From Candidatus Zhuqueibacterota bacterium (lineage in GTDB: Bacteria; Zhuqueibacterota; Zhuqueibacteria; Thermofontimicrobiales; Thermofontimicrobiaceae): a stretch of 64,000 bases of DNA. Below the pieces are notes generated by a model. It was not told where the DNA came from, did not search any database, and worked only from the letters and a program-made list of their open reading frames with translations. The first letter of the stretch is position 1; the number at the start of each line of letters is the position of its first letter. The stretch is from assembly GCA_049322915.1 (NCBI GenBank), contig JBMOPW010000034.1, forward strand, positions 648,567-712,566, given 5' to 3'. Shown here one piece after another: positions 1 through 9,174 of this stretch. The position numbers were made by a program, and so were the translations under genes.

Positions 1-1
1 T

Positions 2-1645
2 GCAAACCGCTGGCAGATTGGTGAAGACAATGGAGCTTTCCTCGCCAGCCGTGGGCAGGCCGGAAACCAACCGGAACGGATTGGGAAACACGCTCACTTT
101 CAGCGCATTGTCCGCAGGCTCAGTGGCGGTCACCAGCGCCGCGGTATTGCGATTGGTGAAACCGCTCTCGTGGCCGTCAGCGTCCACCGACGTGATCGCA
201 TAAAAATACCCGACGCCCACCTGGACCGTGTTGTCCTTGTATTTCCACACGTTCAAATCCCCATCGAAATAGCGGCTGATATCCGTGCTCCGATCGAGGC
301 GAATTTCCTTCAGCCGCGTGTAGGGGCCGGTGAATGCACGGTCGCTGCGATAGACCCGATACCGCGCCAGATCATTGGTATTGTTGATCGGATCGATCCA
401 ATCCTTCAAATCCGGCGGCCAGGTGATGACGATTTCCTGGGTGGACGGCAGCACGTACTTCTCCGTTTCCGGCGAAGGCGGCGCGATTGAGACTGGCACG
501 TAATTGCTGTCGAACAGCGCGGACGCCCTGTCAATGGTCTTTTTCAACGAATCCAGCCCTTTGACCAGCTTCGACTGGGAGGCGAGGCCTTTAATCGCCT
601 CGTCCTGTCCAATGCCATTGACCGCCTCGACGATCACGATTTTCGCGTTCGCGCCAGCAGCCAGGTCGTACGGCCCAAAGCCCAGCAGCATGATTGGCGA
701 GAGCAATTCACCGGCCGGCGCCTGAAGCGAAGCATCCGCCCCGGAAAGGATGTTGTACAGCGCATCGGCAGTCTGGCTGCTGCTCGTGAAATGCTGGGTA
801 TTGTTGATGGTCTGGGCGTAAAAGACCGTGTGCGGCTGGGCAGAACCATCTTTGGCCGGATCATAATACAGCGGCGCATAGCCGGCATAGCCTGTGGAGC
901 GAAGCTCCCCGCGCGATTCCACAAAATTACCGTAATCCCAGGGAATGGACTCGTTGGCTGCCGCATCGTAGGCGTAAAACAACTGGCGCGACGCATCGTA
1001 TCCAACGATTTCATCATCCACGTTCAGATTATCGCCCCAGAAACCATGCGCCAAAATGTCCTGATAGCTGGGACGAATCAGGTACGGGAATCCGAAAAAG
1101 ACGTCCGTCAGATTTTCCGCCGTGGTGTTGGTGAAGATATATTCGAAAATGATGAAATCGGCAAACGCAGGGTAACTCCAGGCCCGGCTCACGCGCCGGA
1201 CATCGATGCCCCGCGTTGTGATCCAGTGCGCTGTAATTTTTTCTTCGGCTTCCTGATAATTGAAGCCGGCCGAACCGATAAAATTTTCTTCTTCCGTCAT
1301 TTCGAAGAATGTGCCCAAATCGGCAAACGTGAACGGTCCCATTTCGTTGAAGAAAACCGTGCCATTGGCATTCCTGCCGCCAATCCAGAGACCGGCGCCC
1401 TGCATGTTGGAGCGCTGCTCGTCCTTTGTGGGGAGCACTGCCGGACCACCCGGCCAGTCCAGGCTTGGATAAAATTCAAACGGCGAAAACATACCGCCGA
1501 TCTGGCCATTATCTTTCACTGTCTCCCAGAGATCGCCGCGGTCGTGTATTTTGAACAACGGCTCCCGATACTGGGCTTGGGCGACAGTCGCCAGGAAGAA
1601 AATGGCTACAACGTATATCGGAAGTAACCTTAATTTATTTGACAT
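2..1645 (-). CDS. Secreted protein with C-terminal sorting-like domain, partner of the TonB-dependent receptor (runs off the left edge; absent from the ORF track)
   Basis: ATG at 1645 with AAGGAGA RBS; my translation MSNKLRLLPIYVVAIFFLATVAQAQ (signal peptide) stays open to the window edge; contains RAWSYP...DFIIFEY, FGPYDL, an Fn3-like YRVYRS...YFYAITSVD segment and VSVFPNPF. Confidence 0.85.
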   Translation of the reverse strand, partial: MSNKLRLLPIYVVAIFFLATVAQAQYREPLFKIHDRGDLWETVKDNGQIGGMFSPFEFYPSLDWPGGPAVLPTKDEQRSNMQGAGLWIGGRNANGTVFFNEMGPFTFADLGTFFEMTEEENFIGSAGFNYQEAEEKITAHWITTRGIDVRRVSRAWSYPAFADFIIFEYIFTNTTAENLTDVFFGFPYLIRPSYQDILAHGFWGDNLNVDDEIVGYDASRQLFYAYDAAANESIPWDYGNFVESRGELRSTGYAGYAPLYYDPAKDGSAQPHTVFYAQTINNTQHFTSSSQTADALYNILSGADASLQAPAGELLSPIMLLGFGPYDLAAGANAKIVIVEAVNGIGQDEAIKGLASQSKLVKGLDSLKKTIDRASALFDSNYVPVSIAPPSPETEKYVLPSTQEIVITWPPDLKDWIDPINNTNDLARYRVYRSDRAFTGPYTRLKEIRLDRSTDISRYFDGDLNVWKYKDNTVQVGVGYFYAITSVDADGHESGFTNRNTAALVTATEPADNALKVSVFPNPFRLVSGLPTAGEESSIVFTNLPAVC

Positions 1646-1848
1646 TGTGATCTCCTTGATTGAGAGAGATAACTGAATGCGTCAACCACCGTCCCACCCT
1701 GTAGTTCAAGACTTCAACTGCTGCGAATCATTTCCCGCTATCCGGCCGTCGGATTCCGGCTTGTGTCCGGAGTGACGAAACTCGTTCTCCAACCTGAATT
1801 TCGACCGAACTGTCCGGGATCGATCCGGCGTCCTGTTTCCATCTCCGA

Positions 1849-4821
1849 TCATCTGAAATTATATTTCAATCCGAACCAGATGCTGCGCGGGGCATAATAA
1901 ATGGAGTAGCTGATATTGTATCCGTCCGGGTCAATGGGAGTGGTCTCGCCGGTCTCGACAAATTTTTCCAGCGCCTCCAGGTCCCAGAGATTGCCCCAGG
2001 CCCTGACATTTTTCTGGTTGAACAAATTGGTAATTTTAGTATACAGCGTAACGGTATGCTGGCCGAACGTCAGATATTTATTGAATTTCAAATCCCATGT
2101 CTGCCGCGCCGGGAAACGTCGGTTGTTCAGCAGATCCGGTGGATCATCCGCTTCCAGGTAGGTGAACGACTGACCGCTGATATACTGATAGAGCAGACTG
2201 AGATCGGTATTGCCGAGGACTGTGCTCAGGCCGGGGATGTTCCAGTTGTCCGGATATTGCATGAAGAAATTCGCGCGAAGCAAATGAGGCCGGCTGTAGC
2301 TCTTCTCGGTCGGCAGCCTGTCCGATGCCTCCACATACCATTGGTACGTCACGTTGCCATCCGCACCCACATGTATCTGCCACGGGGTCGCTTTGCCAAA
2401 CGTGCTTTTGGAGAAGCTGTAATTCACATCGATGATAATATTTTTGCTGAATAACGTTTTGGCTGAAACCTCCACGCCGCGCGCATCGCCATAGTCGCCG
2501 CTGTAGCGACTGCTGTAAAAGACGCGCGATTCGCTGGCCGAGTACGGATCCCAGCCGTAAACGCGCTTGTCCAAAAATTCTGCCCGTTCCGTCTGGTCGA
2601 AGACATCCTTGTAAAAACCAGTGATGTTCAAAACCGCGATATCTTCGATGTGATGTTTGATGCCCATTTCGAATTGAATGGTCTTTTCAGGTTTCAATGG
2701 TTCCAGCGTCATGTTGATGACGCGTTCAGGATCGGAGTCCGTCGAAGGCGCACCCTTGATGATTGACACGGGTCGGAAGTAGGCGAAGTCGTACTGGGCA
2801 TTGATGGCCGGCATCTGGTAGAAATGGCCGTAGCTGAAATGGAAGACCGATTTTTCCGTGATCGGGAAAGAAATGCCGATCCGCGGATTCAACGAATGCG
2901 ATGGTTTCACACGCTCGCGTTCTTTATCCAGCACATTTTGATAGTCCCATTTTTTATTGCCCAGAGAATCGATGCCATCTTTATCCGGATCCAGGGACGT
3001 GACGTAGTCGGTGTTCAAACTCGGATTCACCTGAAAACTGTTGACGGTGAACCAGTCGCGATTGCCATCGTACATGTCATATCGCAGACCCATATTGAGG
3101 ATCATGCTCTCGAATTCCATTTTATCCTGGACGTAACATGCAAACTGGATCGGATGATAGGTCTCGTTCAAACCGCGGACGCGCCAGTCGGCCAGGTCAT
3201 CGCTCCATTCGGCCATTACCCAGCTATTTTCATCGAACGTGTTGTAATGAAATTCAAATCCGCTCTTCAGCAAATTGTTGGCATTGAATTGCCAGTTCAG
3301 ATGTCCCACCAGGGAGAGGTCGCTGGTTCGGTTATGAACCAGCGGGGTGAATTGATGCGCGATGAACGGCTCATCTTCGAATCCATCGTAACGATGCCAG
3401 CCCCAGACATCCGGCTTCAACGATTCGCCCAATACCCGGTATGAGCTCGCCATCTGATCCTGTTTCAGCGTGTATGAACTCAATTTCAGTTCGTAAAACA
3501 TATTCGGCGAGATGACATGCGTCAGACCGAGACGGCCCTGATACACGTAATTATCCAGGAGCGAACCGTAGCCGCGATAATATTTGGCGAGCAGCGGAAA
3601 CGACTCCTCGGCATTGGTCGCATGCTCGTCGTGGCTGTACATGCCGCCGAATTTGATATTCATTCCCGGCCCCACCGCATAATTGCCGCTCAGGTTGAAG
3701 TCCGTCAGATTTCTGGTATCGCGCGGACGGGGCAGTTCATAGGGCTGCTGCTGATAGCGGCCGGTGAGGAAGAAAGTCATCTTCTTCAGTTCATCCCCGA
3801 TGATCGGCAAAAAACCACCGATGACCGGGCCGCCCAGTGAAAAGCGGATTTCGTGATCCGCAAAATCGCGATAGTCGTAAACTTGCTTCTGCCGATCCGG
3901 AATCCACCAGGCCGGGTCCAGATTCGAATTGCCGAGGCTGTCGGTGATTGTGTGTTTGATGAATTCGATATTCCTGGCCGGATCGAACAGGTAATCGCCG
4001 AAGTGGCGCTGATGGGGATTGTTGTACTGGTAGTCCATCGAAAACGTATATTTCTGGTCGCCCTCTTTGGTAATCACGTTGACGATGCCGGATTGCGCCT
4101 GGCCGTACTCGGCGTTGAATCCGCCGGTGATCACCTGAACCTCTTTCACCGCGTCTTTGTTGATTCGGGTGTAAGATCCGCCGGCGTCGGCCGTGGCTTC
4201 AGACCATGCGGCAGAGCGCATGCCGTCGATGTACCAGACCACTTCATCCTGATCGCCGCCGCGCACAGAATATCGAGGCTCGCCGCGACCCGTGCCGGAG
4301 AGATTGCCTTCCACCGGGATGGGATCGAAAAACACGCCGGTCTGTAAATTGACCGCTTCAATCACTTCGGTGGCAGTGGATTGCTCAATTTCCTCCAGCC
4401 CCACAACCTCAACGCTGGTGGTCAGATCTTTCTGTATGACCGGCCGCTCCGCCTGGACAATCACGGACTCACCGAGGTCCAGCACTTCCTGATCCAGGAC
4501 GAAATCAACTCTCGTCGTCTGGTCCATACTCACTTTCACATGCTGCACCTCGGTGTAGGCATACCCCATCATTTTGGCGATGACGGTGTACTCACCCGGA
4601 GGCACGGAGATGATGAAGTAGTTCCCATGGATATCCGAGCCAGCGCCGAGGTAGGTGCCTTTGAGTTGAATATTGACCATAGCCAGAGGTTCATTGGTCT
4701 GCCGATCTTTCACCACCCCGGCTATTTTTCCGGTCGTTCCTGCAAAGACCAGATAGGGCATTGTCAGGAAAAAACCGAGCCAACGAATTTTGCGGAAAAT
4801 CTTATGCGTCTTTTTGACCAT
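1849..4821 (-). CDS. TonB-dependent receptor with N-terminal carboxypeptidase-regulatory-like domain
   Basis: Signal peptide followed by GTTGKIAGVV; plug motifs VRGG and GGFNAEYGQAQSGIVNVITKEG; barrel strands NPRIGISFP, LKPEKT; ends FGLKYNFR; start moved to ATG 4821, which has a GGGAGGG RBS. Confidence 0.92.
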   Translation of the reverse strand: MVKKTHKIFRKIRWLGFFLTMPYLVFAGTTGKIAGVVKDRQTNEPLAMVNIQLKGTYLGAGSDIHGNYFIISVPPGEYTVIAKMMGYAYTEVQHVKVSMDQTTRVDFVLDQEVLDLGESVIVQAERPVIQKDLTTSVEVVGLEEIEQSTATEVIEAVNLQTGVFFDPIPVEGNLSGTGRGEPRYSVRGGDQDEVVWYIDGMRSAAWSEATADAGGSYTRINKDAVKEVQVITGGFNAEYGQAQSGIVNVITKEGDQKYTFSMDYQYNNPHQRHFGDYLFDPARNIEFIKHTITDSLGNSNLDPAWWIPDRQKQVYDYRDFADHEIRFSLGGPVIGGFLPIIGDELKKMTFFLTGRYQQQPYELPRPRDTRNLTDFNLSGNYAVGPGMNIKFGGMYSHDEHATNAEESFPLLAKYYRGYGSLLDNYVYQGRLGLTHVISPNMFYELKLSSYTLKQDQMASSYRVLGESLKPDVWGWHRYDGFEDEPFIAHQFTPLVHNRTSDLSLVGHLNWQFNANNLLKSGFEFHYNTFDENSWVMAEWSDDLADWRVRGLNETYHPIQFACYVQDKMEFESMILNMGLRYDMYDGNRDWFTVNSFQVNPSLNTDYVTSLDPDKDGIDSLGNKKWDYQNVLDKERERVKPSHSLNPRIGISFPITEKSVFHFSYGHFYQMPAINAQYDFAYFRPVSIIKGAPSTDSDPERVINMTLEPLKPEKTIQFEMGIKHHIEDIAVLNITGFYKDVFDQTERAEFLDKRVYGWDPYSASESRVFYSSRYSGDYGDARGVEVSAKTLFSKNIIIDVNYSFSKSTFGKATPWQIHVGADGNVTYQWYVEASDRLPTEKSYSRPHLLRANFFMQYPDNWNIPGLSTVLGNTDLSLLYQYISGQSFTYLEADDPPDLLNNRRFPARQTWDLKFNKYLTFGQHTVTLYTKITNLFNQKNVRAWGNLWDLEALEKFVETGETTPIDPDGYNISYSIYYAPRSIWFGLKYNFR

Positions 4822-4952
4822 AAAGCCCTCCCTAAAAATTCTTTCAAGCTGGAACATGAAATCAAATCAACTTTTATCCGCCGCACATCACCAACAAGTT
4901 TTTGTTCAATAAAAATGCACTCGCCCGGCGCGCTCACCAATCTGCGCACCGC

Positions 4953-6374
4953 TCAGGACGGACGCGCAGCCCCATTGACTTCTGCAAGCGCTGCATCGCT
5001 CAAAAAGGCCTGATGCAGCAGCAAGGCCTCTGGCAAACCGCCTTTCAGAATATGGCTGGCATGACTCAAATCGTGTCCCTGAGTATCGGCAAACGGAACA
5101 GCCACGCACAGCCCGATGCCGGCCGCGCGAATCGCAATCAGCCCGGATTCGCTGTCCTCAAAGCCGATGACTTTGTTGTAATCCGCCGCGGGAATACCCA
5201 ATTGATGCAACGCCAGACTGTACAGATCGCGATGCGGCTTGAGTCGAATTTCACTGGAGTCCGAAGCCGTAATGATGGCATCAAAGACCTGGCCGGGATT
5301 TTCGAACGCCTGAAGGAGAAATGCCTTCTTTTCCGGGCGCACATCCCAATCGCTCACCTGCCGGCGAATCATTTTGAACACTTCGGCCAGAACGATTTCC
5401 GCTTCATAGGCGATGGATGAAGTGACAATGGCGATTTTCAGAGGATGCGCCTGAAAATAGCCGCCGATGCGTTTCAACTGCTGCCGGCCTTCAGCCAGAC
5501 GGGATTCAGCAGCGGTCACATGCGGATTGGTTCTCAGCGCGTCCGTCAAATGCTGGGAGAAACGATCCAGATCGTCGCCGAGCCATCCTTTTATCGTCGC
5601 CAGAAACACGGCGACTCCAGGCATGGGTTCGATCAGATTCATATTTTCATCCGGCAGAAGCCCTTTCAGATCATCGGCCTGGCCGCCGGCAATTTTCGCA
5701 AGTATCTCGTGATAGCGCTGGTAGTAAACATCGATTGCGGCGCGCACCTGATCGATCTCGGATCCGAACCGAATGCGTTCCGTATATCGCTGCACGAGCG
5801 CCCTGATTTCGTCGGCATCGAAAAATTCGGCGTCGCCGGATGCGTCCTGCAACCAGCGTCCGATCTCCATCTCCCGGACAATGTCGCCACACGAAAAATG
5901 ACTGAGCGTTTGCATCACTTCCCGTTTGCGGGTGGCGTCCCTGCCCTGTTTCAGAGTGAGCAGCGCTGCCTTCAAATAAGCGTGACGAAAATGGTTCACG
6001 TCAAATCGGGACTGGTAGGTCCTGACCAGATACTCCACATGTTTGGTGGTGCTATTGCCGATGATGTGCGGGTAATCGGCGTCGCGATCCAGTCCGGCCC
6101 ATTGCTGCGTTGTCATTCGTCCGCTGAATTGTCGCACCATGGTTTCCAGGGAATGCAGGCACAAATTTTCCGTTGTGGTCGTGGTGCCATCCATATCCTG
6201 AACCACAGCCACCAGCCGATCCTGGTTGGTTGTGATTTTCGGCGCCAACGGGCAGATATCGTATCGCGAATAAATGTAATCCGGATTTTTGATGGCAATG
6301 AACTCATCTCCCAATTGGGATAACAGCGCCATCACGCTTTGTTTATTTGTGTTCACATCAAATTTAGCATTCAT
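4953..6374 (-). CDS. HAD-superfamily phosphatase/phosphomutase with very large cap insertion
   Basis: Motif I QDMDGT, motif II IVTSS, motif III LKPH, motif IV FEDSESG; start overlaps the stop of the corrinoid gene. Confidence 0.8.
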   Translation of the reverse strand: MNAKFDVNTNKQSVMALLSQLGDEFIAIKNPDYIYSRYDICPLAPKITTNQDRLVAVVQDMDGTTTTTENLCLHSLETMVRQFSGRMTTQQWAGLDRDADYPHIIGNSTTKHVEYLVRTYQSRFDVNHFRHAYLKAALLTLKQGRDATRKREVMQTLSHFSCGDIVREMEIGRWLQDASGDAEFFDADEIRALVQRYTERIRFGSEIDQVRAAIDVYYQRYHEILAKIAGGQADDLKGLLPDENMNLIEPMPGVAVFLATIKGWLGDDLDRFSQHLTDALRTNPHVTAAESRLAEGRQQLKRIGGYFQAHPLKIAIVTSSIAYEAEIVLAEVFKMIRRQVSDWDVRPEKKAFLLQAFENPGQVFDAIITASDSSEIRLKPHRDLYSLALHQLGIPAADYNKVIGFEDSESGLIAIRAAGIGLCVAVPFADTQGHDLSHASHILKGGLPEALLLHQAFLSDAALAEVNGAARPS

Positions 6375-7036
6375 CAGTTCGCATCATTCAGTTTCAGTAA
6401 ATCCCTGGCAACCTGAACAGCCGATACGGCATCATCTGCATAGCCATCCGCTTTAATGAGTTGGGCAAATCGCGCCGTAATGGGCGCGCCTCCGATCAGA
6501 ACTTTTACCTTTTTCCGGATTCCGGCCACCCGCAACGCTTCGAGTGTAATTTTCATCATGGGCATGGTTGTGGTTAATAACGCGGATAGAGCGAGGATAT
6601 GAGGCGAATACTCAATTGCCTTTTCAACAAATTTCTCAGGGGCAATATCGACGCCCAAATCGATAACTTCGAAACCGGCGCCTTCGAGCATGATGATGAC
6701 CAGATTCTTCCCGATATTATGTAGGTCTCCTTTCACGGTTCCAATCACCACCCGTTTGAATAATTTCTTTTCCGATTTCGTCAACAGCGGCCGAAGCACA
6801 TCCAGGCCGGCATGCATGGCGCTTGCTGCGACCAGCACCTCGGGAACGTAAATTTCATTTTCTTTGAACAGCATGCTGATTTCTTTCATGCCGGGAATTA
6901 ACCCATGATAGAGCAGATCAAGCGGTTTTTGACGATCCTTCAGCCCGCTTTCGATCAATTCCCTTATTGCAGAACTGTTGCCCTTCCGCAAACAAGCAGA
7001 GATTTCATCGTACAACTGGTTTCCGTCATTTGCCAA
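6374..7036 (-). CDS. Corrinoid (cobalamin-binding) protein of a methyltransferase system, MtbC/MttC-like
   Basis: Cap domain GLIPGM...YVPEVL; DLHNIG (DxHxxG), SALLTTT, IGGAP, ADGYA. Confidence 0.92.
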   Translation of the reverse strand: MANDGNQLYDEISACLRKGNSSAIRELIESGLKDRQKPLDLLYHGLIPGMKEISMLFKENEIYVPEVLVAASAMHAGLDVLRPLLTKSEKKLFKRVVIGTVKGDLHNIGKNLVIIMLEGAGFEVIDLGVDIAPEKFVEKAIEYSPHILALSALLTTTMPMMKITLEALRVAGIRKKVKVLIGGAPITARFAQLIKADGYADDAVSAVQVARDLLKLNDAN

Positions 7037-7049
7037 ACGAACAAGCCTT

Positions 7050-7196
7050 TCAGTTACTGTTCCGTCGTCTTGCTGTAATTCGCGTCGGTCGATCTACAGC
7101 GAGTTTTAGCTGGTCTCTGTTCCGTCTCCGTTTGAAAATCCCGCGATTGAATAAGGCGCGAATTTCACGGCAAAGCTGGTCTGAGTTCAGTTCCAT
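7050..7196 (-). CDS. Possible small Arg-rich protein or leader peptide (48 aa)
   Basis: ATG at 7196 preceded by GGAGGTGG; stop 13 nt before the corrinoid gene start. Confidence 0.4.
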   Translation of the reverse strand: MELNSDQLCREIRALFNRGIFKRRRNRDQLKLAVDRPTRITARRRNSN

Positions 7197-7295
7197 GACG
7201 CCACCTCCAATTGGGGTCGTTTTCTCCCCGATACCCATTTTTCACGGGCGCTGCGTCAAGGCGATTGAGTTGAACTGGTAAAAAAAAATTGTGAT

Positions 7296-7447
7296 ATTCA
7301 GGTTGTTCGGTTCATCGTTCAAGGTTCAAAGTGAATGACCTTTCCTGGTCAGTTCCCGCGCCGGTTGCCAGTCCTGAATTTCTTCAGACTGTTTAATTTC
7401 GTGTCTCGTAAACCCTGAACCGGTCACTTTGAACGTTGAACCTGAAT
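7296..7447. repeat. Imperfect inverted repeat built from 7-bp GTTCAA(G/C)-like units
   Basis: GTTCAAGGTTCAAAGTGA (7317-7334) pairs with TCACTTTGAACGTTGAAC (7424-7441) at 17/18; outer ATTCAGGTT pairs with AACCTGAAT. Confidence 0.6.
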
Positions 7448-7558
7448 GGCTATAGATAATTCACTATAAGTTAATATTTTTTTGAAAATAGTATTGTGTT
7501 TTGTAGCTTTTCTTTGGTAATATATTGTTTTATTCGTCCAGGTCCCGGCAGCCGTTTA

Positions 7559-8887
7559 TTAAAATGCGATGGTGTACATACGCCGATAGGTCTTGGGCGT
7601 CACCTGCTCCATTTTTTTAAACACTTTGGTGAAGTAGCTCTGGTCCGGATAGCCAACCTCCAGCGCAATCTGGGCCAATGACAGCCCTGATTCCAGCAAC
7701 AATCGTTTTGCTGCGTCGATTCGTATTTTGGTCAGGAATTCGATAAACGTGGTGTGCAATTCTTCTTTGAACAGGTGACACAGATAAAACGGGCTGATGA
7801 AAATTTTCTTCGCTACGGTATCCAGCGTCAATTTTTCCATATAATTTTTTTTGATGAACGAACAGGCCTGTTCCAGAATTCGGTAGTGATGCAGATTGCG
7901 CGTCTGGTAGATGTTATCGCAAATACTTTCCATCACCTTCACAACCCAGAAACAGAGCGATTCGTGATCCGAAATATCCGCCAATTCACTGACAAAGTTG
8001 TACCGCAATCCCAGCACGTTCTCGGGACTGCCCCCTTCTTCGACAACGGCGCGAGTGAGGATGATGGCTAATTCCAGCACATAGGTTTTCAGCAATTCAA
8101 TCTGGATGGGATCATGCAGCATCACCTGACCCAGGAACTCGTTGAGTATGGTCTTAGCGCCGACCTTGTCGCCCAGCCGGACTTTGGTGATGAGTTCCTG
8201 TTCTTTTTTCACGTTCAAAATTGGGAGCAGGTGATGGTCATCAGGATTGGAGATATATTTATATTTCTGAACCTCTTCGGCGACCTGGGCCTGTTGAATC
8301 ATCCGCTGCTTACGAACGAGCATGGGACCCAGATTGGGCGTGGATAGATAATCGGCGATGCTGAACAACAGATCCGAGGCCAGCTTCACTTTCTTTTCCG
8401 GGATCACCGGCACTAGGCTCAGCATGGCGACGTACTTCTTTTTGCATTCCACTGAAAGATTGGCTGTTTTAAGAAAAACGTCCACCTGCTGCTCATTGGC
8501 GTTGCGCATCAGAAACGGATAAACCAACAGGCCGCCAATGATATCATCATTGTAGAGGATCGGCACGCTCATGATATAAAATCCGGCGTGGCATACCGAA
8601 ATGTAGGTGTCGCCCCATCGAAGCGCTTCGTAGTAGGCTTCGCGGCAATACTTGTGACAGCGGAGAGAAATATCCGAATCCTGGCTCAGAATCTTACATG
8701 GCTTGGGCGATTCGGGATGGTGATTTGTCTCGTGGAGTGTCTCTCCCATCGTGTTGATCAATTCAACGGAGACGCCAAAAAGATCGTGAAACATCTGAAG
8801 CATGGTGTGCAACGATTTGTTCGTATTGGGATTGAGCGTGTGAGTCAGGAGATCCATGGCATCCGATAATTTTTTGAGTTCCGGCAT
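7559..8887 (-). CDS. PocR ligand-binding domain / AraC-family transcriptional regulator
   Basis: N-terminal PocR-like Cys pattern (PCKIL, RCHKY, CHAGF..VPI); C-terminal AraC double HTH (ISPFYLCHLFKEE, IALEVGYPDQSYFTKVFKK). Confidence 0.9.
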   Translation of the reverse strand: MPELKKLSDAMDLLTHTLNPNTNKSLHTMLQMFHDLFGVSVELINTMGETLHETNHHPESPKPCKILSQDSDISLRCHKYCREAYYEALRWGDTYISVCHAGFYIMSVPILYNDDIIGGLLVYPFLMRNANEQQVDVFLKTANLSVECKKKYVAMLSLVPVIPEKKVKLASDLLFSIADYLSTPNLGPMLVRKQRMIQQAQVAEEVQKYKYISNPDDHHLLPILNVKKEQELITKVRLGDKVGAKTILNEFLGQVMLHDPIQIELLKTYVLELAIILTRAVVEEGGSPENVLGLRYNFVSELADISDHESLCFWVVKVMESICDNIYQTRNLHHYRILEQACSFIKKNYMEKLTLDTVAKKIFISPFYLCHLFKEELHTTFIEFLTKIRIDAAKRLLLESGLSLAQIALEVGYPDQSYFTKVFKKMEQVTPKTYRRMYTIAF

Positions 8888-9103
8888 ATTTGTAAAATAT
8901 TGCTACGGATAATATAATAATTCTCTCTCAAAAGTCAACAGAATTTTCTGAGAAGCCGGGTCGATGCAGGATGGATGAAAGAACCGCACGACGCGCCTCT
9001 TTTCCTTCGTTGAAATTTCAGAGTGAAAATTGCCGGTACCGGGCGTCACGGCTTCACCGGAATATCGACCGGGGCTGCTTGTTGCGCGCTCCCCTCTGAC
9101 GAC

Positions 9104-9143
9104 AAACAAAAATCCCCGGTGATTTTTAAAATCATCGGGGATT
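9104..9143 (-). terminator. Rho-independent terminator after the TPR/TolB-like gene
   Basis: Stem AATCCCCGGTGATT / AATCATCGGGGATT followed by a T-rich tract on the minus strand. Confidence 0.6.
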
Positions 9144-9174
9144 CCATAAGCCATGCCAGGCATTTCATGCTAAA

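Noticed and set aside
791..1627. 278-aa plus-strand ORF and other long antisense ORFs (e.g. 5445-6323, 9448-10476, 14728-15705, 25150-25890, 53669-54436)
   Set aside because: Shadows of well-supported genes on the opposite strand, with no motifs or RBS
7197..7558. Cobalamin riboswitch upstream of the corrinoid gene
   Set aside because: No B12-box or GCCACTG/GGGAAG elements found on the minus strand
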